The translations under genes and the position numbers were made by a program. From Anaerolineae bacterium (GTDB lineage Bacteria; Chloroflexota; Anaerolineae; S140-20): a stretch of DNA of 41,791 nucleotides. Positions within the stretch are counted from its first letter, which is position 1; each line of letters starts with the position of its first letter. Positions 35,828 to 41,791 of the stretch are shown here, piece after piece. The notes beneath the pieces are model-generated. The model worked only from the letters and a program-made list of their open reading frames with translations, was not told the origin of the DNA and did no database searches. The stretch is taken from positions 1 through 41,791 of the forward strand of contig JALUTT010000076.1 in NCBI GenBank assembly GCA_027021705.1, in the 5' to 3' direction.

Positions 35828-37108
35828 ATGAGCGACCAAGCGACCACCCGACCAAGCGACCACCCGACCACCCGACCACCCGACATTGACGAGCAGCTGG
35901 CGGTCCTGATGCGGGGGGTGGAATACGGCGACCCCCAGATTCGGGAGCATATGGAGCGGGAGTTACGGGAACGGCTGGAGGAGTCGGCCAGGACCGGCAC
36001 ACCTCTTCGGGTCTACTGCGGCTACGATCCCACTGCTCCCGACCTGCACCTGGGTCACACGGTAACGATGCGCAAGCTCCGCCAGTTTCAAGAGTTGGGC
36101 CACCAGGCCATCTTCGTCATCGGCTCCTTCACTGCCCTGATCGGTGACCCCTCCGACAAGGACAAAGCCCGCCCCCGCCTCTCCTTCGAAGAGGTGATGG
36201 CCAACGCCAAGACCTACGTGGACCAGGCCTTCCGCATCCTGGACCCCGAGAAGACGGAAGTGCGCTACAACCACGAATGGCTTTCCCGAGTCACCTTGGA
36301 GCAGTTCATCGAGATGGCCGCCAACTTCACCGTGCAGCAGTTTCTGGCTCGGGACAACTTCGCCAAACGGTACGCCAAAGGCGACCCCATCTGGCTCCAC
36401 GAACTCTTCTACGCCCTGATGCAGGGGTACGACGCGGTGATGCTGCGGGCCGACGTGCAGTTGGGCGCGACGGAGCAGCTCTTCAACCTGCTGGCAGGCC
36501 GCAAGCTCCAGGAGTACTTCGGCCAGCGCCCCCAGGTCGCCCTAACGCTCCCCATCCTGGTGGGAACCGATGGCCGGCTGCGGATGTCCAAGAGCACCGG
36601 CAACTACATCGGCATCACCGAGCCGCCCGAGGAGATGTACGGCAAGGTGATGAGCATTCCTGACGAAGCGATGATGAACTACTACAACCTAGTAACCCGC
36701 TTCACCCCCAACGAGATCGCCCAGATCGAAGCGGCGCTGAAGTCGGGCCGGCTGCATCCCCGGGATGCCAAGATGAAGCTGGCCCGCGAGATCGTGGAGA
36801 TCTTCTACGGCCCCGAGGCCGCCCAGGCTGCCGAGGAGCACTTCCGCACCGTCTTCCAGGCGCGGGAACTCCCCCCTGATATGCCCAAGGTCTACCTCAG
36901 CGAGCCAGTCAACATCGTGGACCTGTTGGCCCGGCTGGAGTTGGCCCGGAGCAAGAGCGAGGCTCGCCGGCTGATCCAGCAGGGCGGGGTGCGCCTAAAC
37001 GGCAGGCGGGTCAAGGACATCGAGCAGATTGTGGAGATCAAAGAGGAGACGGTCCTGCAGGTGGGGAAGCGGCGCTTCATCCGGTTGCTGCCGGCCTTGC
37101 CCTCCTGA
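35828..37108 (+). CDS. tyrS: Tyrosine--tRNA ligase
   Basis: [32 protein letters not shown]-terminal S4 domain ([14 protein letters not shown]...QVGKRRF). Confidence 0.96.
   Translation: MSDQATTRPSDHPTTRPPDIDEQLAVLMRGVEYGDPQIREHMERELRERLEESARTGTPLRVYCGYDPTAPDLHLGHTVTMRKLRQFQELGHQAIFVIGSFTALIGDPSDKDKARPRLSFEEVMANAKTYVDQAFRILDPEKTEVRYNHEWLSRVTLEQFIEMAANFTVQQFLARDNFAKRYAKGDPIWLHELFYALMQGYDAVMLRADVQLGATEQLFNLLAGRKLQEYFGQRPQVALTLPILVGTDGRLRMSKSTGNYIGITEPPEEMYGKVMSIPDEAMMNYYNLVTRFTPNEIAQIEAALKSGRLHPRDAKMKLAREIVEIFYGPEAAQAAEEHFRTVFQARELPPDMPKVYLSEPVNIVDLLARLELARSKSEARRLIQQGGVRLNGRRVKDIEQIVEIKEETVLQVGKRRFIRLLPALPS
35833..35884 (+). repeat. 8-bp tandem repeat (CGACCAAG/CGACCACC) x6.5 within the 5' end of tyrS
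   Basis: Six full units (48 bp) directly after ATG 35828. Confidence 0.9.
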
Positions 37109-37162
37109 CAGCCGACACTGTAGACCAACCGGAAGCGACCGACGGAGGAGAAAGCGAAACCG

Positions 37163-38188
37163 ATGCCTGTCCGTTCGATGAGCAAGCGAGCACGGCTGGA
37201 GGCCACCATCGCCGGCCAGCCGACAGACCGCCTGGCCATCGCCCTGTGGCGACACTGGCCCGGCGACGACCAGCGGGCCGAGGACTTCGTCCGCGCCACC
37301 CTCGACTTCCAACGCACCTTCGATTTCGACTTCATCAAGGTTACCCCGGCCAGCAGCTACTGCATTGCTGATTGGGGCGCGGAGTCCTACTGGCGAGGGA
37401 ACCAAGAGGGCACTCGCGACTGGGGAGCCCGCGTTATCCAGCGTTCCGAGGACTGGACCCGCCTGCGTCCCCTGGACCCCCGTCGGGGGATGCTGGGCGA
37501 GATCCACCAGGCCCTGACCCTCATCGGCCGCGAGGTCGGGGAGGAGGTCCCCTTCATCCAGACCATCTTCAGCCCCCTGGCTCAGGCCAAGAACCTGGCC
37601 GGCCCCCGGCTGATCCCCGACCTGCGGCAGCACCCCGACGCGGTCAAGGCGGCGCTGGAGACGATCACCGAGACGACCATCCGCTTCATCGAGGCAGCCC
37701 GCGAGACGGGCATCGCCGGTATCTTCCTGGCCCTCCAACACGCCACCTATGACTTGCTGAGCGAGGCAGAGTATCGGGAGTTCGGCCGCCCCTACGACCT
37801 GCGCATCCTGGAGGCGACCGACGGGCTCTGGTTCAACGTGCTGCACCTGCACGGTCGCCACGTCATGTTCGACCTGGTGGCCGACTATCCGGTCCAGGCC
37901 ATCAACTGGCACGACCAGGAGACATTTCCCCCCCTTGCCGAGGCGCTGGATCGCTTCCCCGGTGCGCTAATCGGGGGGCTGCACCGCTGGGAGACGATGG
38001 TGTGGGGGACGCCGGACCAGGTGCGGGCGGCGGTGCGGGCCGCCGTCGAAGCGACCGGAGGGCGGCGCTACATCGTCGGCACCGGCTGCGTGACCCCTCT
38101 CACCGCCCCCTTGGGCAACATCCGGGCAGCGCGGGAGGCCGCCGAGCAGTTCGCGGGATCACCTGACCAAGACCTACGGACAGGATAA
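37163..38188 (+). CDS. Uroporphyrinogen decarboxylase (URO-D) family protein, probably not canonical HemE
   Basis: FIQTIFSPL, EYREFGRPYD..IL, LHLHG, GTPDQVRA, YIVGTGC; lacks the HemE RQAGR motif. Confidence 0.75.
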   Translation: MPVRSMSKRARLEATIAGQPTDRLAIALWRHWPGDDQRAEDFVRATLDFQRTFDFDFIKVTPASSYCIADWGAESYWRGNQEGTRDWGARVIQRSEDWTRLRPLDPRRGMLGEIHQALTLIGREVGEEVPFIQTIFSPLAQAKNLAGPRLIPDLRQHPDAVKAALETITETTIRFIEAARETGIAGIFLALQHATYDLLSEAEYREFGRPYDLRILEATDGLWFNVLHLHGRHVMFDLVADYPVQAINWHDQETFPPLAEALDRFPGALIGGLHRWETMVWGTPDQVRAAVRAAVEATGGRRYIVGTGCVTPLTAPLGNIRAAREAAEQFAGSPDQDLRTG

Positions 38189-38229
38189 CCGAGGCGGAAG
38201 ATGCGCACCTCACCGCCACCCGATCTGGC

Positions 38230-38470
38230 CCTACCCACGGTCGCCCGGAAGCTGTTAGACCGCTACCTCCAGCAGCGCCAGGCCCCGCCCCTCACCAGCG
38301 CTCAGAGCTACGAAGCCCTCTCCGAGCGGGAGCGGGAAGTGATGTTTCTGCTGCTCCAGGGGCTCAGCAACAAGGAGATCGCCGAGAAGCCGGTCATCAG
38401 CCCCAGCACGGTCCAGACCCACCGTGCCCGCATCCTGCAGAAGCTGGGTCTGGAGAACACCATCGAGTTG
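38230..38470 (+). pseudogene. C-terminal HTH fragment of a NarL/LuxR response regulator
   Basis: LPTVARKLLDRY...YEALSEREREVMFLLLQGLSNKEIAEKPVISPSTVQTHRARILQKLGLENTIEL; no receiver domain; homology ends abruptly. Confidence 0.75.
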
Positions 38471-38472
38471 AG

Positions 38473-38871
38473 GTGGAAAAGGCCGTTGCCCTCTACACTC
38501 AGAAGGGGTGCTTCGCCTGCCACGGCAGCAACCACGAGGGCAACCAGGGTCCCATCCTGGCCGGCCTGGACGCCGAGCACATCAAGCAGGCGGTCCGCGC
38601 GGGCTCGGAGGATGGCGTGATGCCGCCCTTCGACGAGGAGGCCATCAGCGATGCCGACTTGGACCTCCTGGCCGCCTTCCTCAGCAGCCTCACCCTGGAG
38701 GACACAGGGGTCGAGCTGTCGTCGGCCATCGTCGAGCACTTGGAGAAGGCGTGGGACGCGCTGCAGGCCGGTGACAAGGCCGGGATGGAGACCCACCTGA
38801 AGAAGGCCCAAGAAGCCGCCGCCCCTCCCGCTCCCCCTTGGATGAACGCCCGTCACAATGAGCCGTTTTGA
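38473..38871 (+). pseudogene. Monoheme cytochrome c fragment lacking a signal peptide
   Basis: LYTQKGCFACHG (CxxCH), GPIL, GVMPPF (axial Met), ISDADLDLLAAFLSSL; no export signal. Confidence 0.65.
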
Positions 38872-38876
38872 AAGCC

Positions 38877-38902
38877 GTAGGGCGCACTGAGGTGCGCCCT
38901 AC
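38877..38902. repeat. Perfect GTAG-type REP palindrome
   Basis: GTAGGGCGCAC-tgag-GTGCGCCCTAC. Confidence 0.75.
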
Positions 38903-38960
38903 GTCGTTGTCAGGATGGGCCGTTCGGCGGTCCCGGCCCCAGAAGGGTCGGGCTGCCGTC

Positions 38961-40493
38961 CTACTTGGCGTAGTCCACCGCCCGGGTCTGGCGGATCACC
39001 GTCACCTTGACCTGGCCGGGGTACTGCATGCTCTCCTCCACTTTGCGGGCGATCTCTTTGGAGAGCTGGATGGTGGCCAGGTCGTCAATCTCGTCGGGTT
39101 TGACGATGATGCGGATCTCCCGACCGGCCTGAAGGGCGTAGGCTTCCTCCACCCCCTTGAAGGAGTAGGCCAGTTCCTCCAGCGTCTGAATCCGCTTCAG
39201 GTAGGCCTCCAGGCTCTCGCGGCGGGCACCGGGCCGTGCGCCGGAGATGGCGTCGGCCGCCTCCACGATCACCGCCTCGATGGTCTGCGGCTCCACCTCG
39301 TGGTGGTGAGCCTCGATGCAGTGGACAACCGGCTCTGGCACGCCGTAGCGCCGACAGATCTCCGCGCCGATGAGGGCGTGGGTGCCCTCCATATTGCGGT
39401 CCACCGCCTTGCCGATGTCGTGGAGAAGCCCGCCGGCCTTGGCGACCTCTACGTTGGCCCCCAACTCGGCGGCCAGGATGCCCGCCAGGCGGGCCGTCTC
39501 GATGGCGTGCTGGTGCTGGTTCTGCCCATAGCTGGTGCGGAACTTGAGCCGCCCCAGCAGCTTGATGATCTCCCGGTGCAGTCCCGGCACGCCCGCCTCG
39601 TAGGCCGCCTGCTCCCCCGCCTCGCGGATGATCGCCTCCACCTCCCGCCGGGCGTCGGCCAGCACCTTCTCGATGCGGGCCGGGTGGATGCGGCCATCGG
39701 TCACCAGCCGCGTCATCGCCAGCCGGGCGATCTCCCGACGCACAGGGTCGAAGCTGGAGATGACCACCGCTTCCGGCGTGTCGTCCACCACCACGTCCAC
39801 GCCGGCCGCCTGCTCAAAGGCCCGGATGTTTCTCCCTCCGCGTCCGATGATGCGTCCCTTCATCTCATCGTTGGGCAGAGGGACGGTGGAGACGGCGACC
39901 TCGGCCACCTGGTCGCTGGCCACCCGCTGGATCGCCTCGGTGATCAGCTTGCGGGCGCGGGCGTCCGCTTCCTCCTTGATCTCAGCTTCCACTTCACGGA
40001 TCACCCGGGCCATCTCCCGCCGGGACTCCTGCTCCACCCGCTTGAGGAGGGCTTCCTGAGCCTCCTGGCGGGTCATCTGAGCCACCCGTTCCAGCTCCGT
40101 CAGTTGCTTTTGGCGCAGCGCCTCGATCTCGTTCTGGAGCTTGTCCAGCCGGCTCTGGCGCTTGTTCTGACGGCGCTCTCGCTCCTCCAGCCGCTCCGCC
40201 CGCCGCTCCAGCTCCTCCCGGCGAGCCTGAAGGCGCTCCTCCTCCCGCTTGAGGCTTCGCCGACGCCTCTCCAGCTCGGCCTCCACCTCGGTGCGGATCT
40301 TCAGCGCTTCGTCCCGAGCCGCCAGAACGATCTCGCGGGCCCGCGCCTGGGCCTGTTGGATCAACGTTTCCGCCTCCGCCATCGCCCGTCCCCGCCGCGT
40401 CTTCTGAACGAAGACGTGGAGCAGGTAGCCTGCCAGCGCGCCAACCACCAGGGCGACGGCGCCGATGGCGATACTCATCATTCCCTGATTCAT
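38961..40493 (-). CDS. rny: Ribonuclease Y
   Basis: N-terminal TM, coiled coil, KH (MKGRIIGRGGRNIRAFE), RTSYGQN, HD motif LLHDIGKA, ADAISGARPGAR. Confidence 0.96.
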   Translation of the reverse strand: MNQGMMSIAIGAVALVVGALAGYLLHVFVQKTRRGRAMAEAETLIQQAQARAREIVLAARDEALKIRTEVEAELERRRRSLKREEERLQARREELERRAERLEERERRQNKRQSRLDKLQNEIEALRQKQLTELERVAQMTRQEAQEALLKRVEQESRREMARVIREVEAEIKEEADARARKLITEAIQRVASDQVAEVAVSTVPLPNDEMKGRIIGRGGRNIRAFEQAAGVDVVVDDTPEAVVISSFDPVRREIARLAMTRLVTDGRIHPARIEKVLADARREVEAIIREAGEQAAYEAGVPGLHREIIKLLGRLKFRTSYGQNQHQHAIETARLAGILAAELGANVEVAKAGGLLHDIGKAVDRNMEGTHALIGAEICRRYGVPEPVVHCIEAHHHEVEPQTIEAVIVEAADAISGARPGARRESLEAYLKRIQTLEELAYSFKGVEEAYALQAGREIRIIVKPDEIDDLATIQLSKEIARKVEESMQYPGQVKVTVIRQTRAVDYAK

Positions 40494-40496
40494 CGT

Positions 40497-41153
40497 TCAC
40501 TCCTCGTGTCCTCGGCGTGTGGGGATTGTCTCATCGGCCAGTTCCGCCTCTACTCGGGTCACGACGGTCTGGATAACCTCGTAATCGAACCCTCGTCGAG
40601 CCAAGTAGTCGTACAACCGCTTGCGGAAAACCCGAGCATCATCCTTGGGCAGCCGACGAGCGCGAGCAAGCGCGACCCGGTAAGCGGCCGCCTCCTCGTC
40701 GTAATCGGTCAGGATCTCTTCAATGATGGCAGGAGCTATGCCCTTCTGGCGAAGCTCGTAACGCAAGCCACGCTTCCCCCGAGGCCGGAAAGTCTCCCGG
40801 TTTTCCAGCCAGAACCGGGCGAAGGCCACATCGTCAATCAACCCGACCCGCTCCAGGCGAGCAATGACCTCTTCAATGGCCTCGGGAGGAGTACCCTTCC
40901 TCTGCAGATAGGTGCGCACCTCGGCTGTGCTTCGGGGGCGGTAGGAGAGAAAATGGAGGGCACGCTGGTAGGCTCGTTCCACCAGGTCTCGGGCTCGCAA
41001 GCGGGCGATCTCCTCCTCGGAGAGCTCCTGGCCCACCTGGAGGTGCATTGCTTCTAGGGCAGTGAGGCCAAAGGCGAACTCTCCATCCAGGTAGACGTTT
41101 ACCCGCTCCTTGTTTCGCTTCTGTACCCGCAACGCGGTGATCTTGCCTCCCAT
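40497..41153 (-). CDS. recX: Regulatory protein RecX
   Basis: KITAL..QKRNKERVNVYLDG, ALHFLSYRPRS..EVR..L, GLIDD.AFA, LRYELRQKGI, YLARRGF; located between recA and rny. Confidence 0.9.
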   Translation of the reverse strand: MGGKITALRVQKRNKERVNVYLDGEFAFGLTALEAMHLQVGQELSEEEIARLRARDLVERAYQRALHFLSYRPRSTAEVRTYLQRKGTPPEAIEEVIARLERVGLIDDVAFARFWLENRETFRPRGKRGLRYELRQKGIAPAIIEEILTDYDEEAAAYRVALARARRLPKDDARVFRKRLYDYLARRGFDYEVIQTVVTRVEAELADETIPTRRGHEE

Positions 41154-41162
41154 CACCCCTCC

Positions 41163-41206
41163 AAAAAGGGAGCAGCGGCCTGTCCCTTCCAGGTCACGGC
41201 CGCTGC
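41163..41206 (-). terminator. Terminator/attenuator hairpin directly before the recX RBS
   Basis: GCAGCGGCC...GGCCGCTGC-TCCC-TTTTT followed by GGAGGGGTGATG. Confidence 0.65.
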
Positions 41207-41208
41207 AA

Positions 41209-41426
41209 GGATTGCAGATAACAAACCAATTCCCGAATCTGGACCCTGGAGCAGGTCCTGCAGGCTACTTCAGGGCGAGCGTACTCTCCGTCGTAAGGCA
41301 GAGCGGGTGTCCGCTCTCGTCGTTACGGATGTCTGGGAAGAAATGCGATAGGTCTCTCTCCCTTTGACCCGTTACCCCTCTCTGGCGGTATAGGGCAGTG
41401 CCCTATCCCCCCTTTGTCTGCAATCC
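41209..41426. other. Unclassified structured element (candidate ncRNA, leader RNA or MITE) between recA and recX
   Basis: Terminal inverted repeat ggattgcagataa/ttgtctgcaatcc enclosing several internal hairpins. Confidence 0.45.
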
Positions 41427-41576
41427 AGAGAGTCCCGGCAATCGCTCGCGACAAACTGCCCTGCCCGACGGGACCCTGCTCTCCCTTCACCGGGAGAGGG
41501 CTCCTCACGTGCGGACAAGACAGCCTCTTTTTTCAGCCTGAGAGAAAGGGTTTGTCCAATGCAGCCGACCGTGATG

Positions 41577-41791
41577 TCACCCAGGGAGATCCAGAAGCTC
41601 CCGCAGGCTCGTCTCTAGACGGTCTGCCAGCTCGGGAGTCTGTCTCAGGGCAGTTTTGGCATTTTCCCGTCCCTGGCCCAGCAGTTCGCCCTCGTACCGG
41701 TAGAAGGAGCCCCGCTTCTCAATCAACCCCAACTCCACCCCCAGGTCCAGCAGGTCCCCCTCCCGGCTGATCCCTTCGTCGTACATAATGT
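41577..41791 (-). CDS. recA: Recombinase A, 3' end only
   Basis: [45 protein letters not shown] matches the RecA C-terminal domain; synteny with recX and rny. Confidence 0.93.
   Translation of the reverse strand, partial: IMYDEGISREGDLLDLGVELGLIEKRGSFYRYEGELLGQGRENAKTALRQTPELADRLETSLRELLDLPG

Noticed and set aside
35615..35828. T-box leader upstream of tyrS
   Set aside because: No T-box consensus (GGTGGxACCGCG) or antiterminator; the region is simple repeat.
35627..35884. Tandem arrays as CRISPR or coding repeats
   Set aside because: They are simple 7- and 8-mer satellites without spacers.
34824..36002. N-terminal ~390 aa of the 700-aa minus-strand ORF
   Set aside because: It runs antisense through the tnpB remnant, rnpB and tandem repeats. 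Only the part from GTG 34823 looks like a protein.
41209..41426. 6S RNA, considered because of size and proximity to rny
   Set aside because: Visible pairings give a multibranch fold, not a single rod with a central bubble. Not formally excluded without a covariance-model search.
41513..41558. CTCTCAGG on the minus strand as a glycine riboswitch
   Set aside because: The GGAGA and ACCGAAG elements are missing. It is better explained as a simple ggacaa/ttgtcc hairpin after recA.

Overview
High-GC bacterial chromosomal window. Gene content and style suggest Chloroflexota, Anaerolineae-like (inference). The backbone is mostly housekeeping: yugP-like peptidase, three GT-C/YfhO membrane glycosyltransferases, rpsA, clpC, glpD, lepB, pnp, rpsO, S8 and S9 peptidases, RNase P RNA, tyrS, a URO-D-family gene, rny, recX and the 3' end of recA. 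Most notable: (1) a 9.6-kb minus-strand cluster in the order X-S-R-B-A-D-C (oxyanion-binding lipoprotein, sensor kinase, response regulator, Fe-S subunit, Tat-exported Cys-ligated molybdoenzyme, TorD chaperone, NrfD anchor). It resembles the anr respiratory antimonate reductase locus, and the catalytic subunit lacks the ArrA and ArxA signature motifs. (2) A full-length ProRS paralogue with an eroded aminoacylation site but intact editing and anticodon-binding domains. (3) A decayed tnpB fragment that appears to supply the rnpB promoter. (4) A 16-bp anti-RBS inverted repeat overlapping the internal promoter of the reductase operon. (5) An unrecognised ~220-nt structured element plus terminator between recA and recX. 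Also present are toxin-antitoxin debris, a LuxR/cytochrome c deletion scar, REP-like repeats and 7/8-mer tandem repeats. No CRISPR array, tRNA or rRNA was seen. All calls come from reading motifs by eye; no searches were run.
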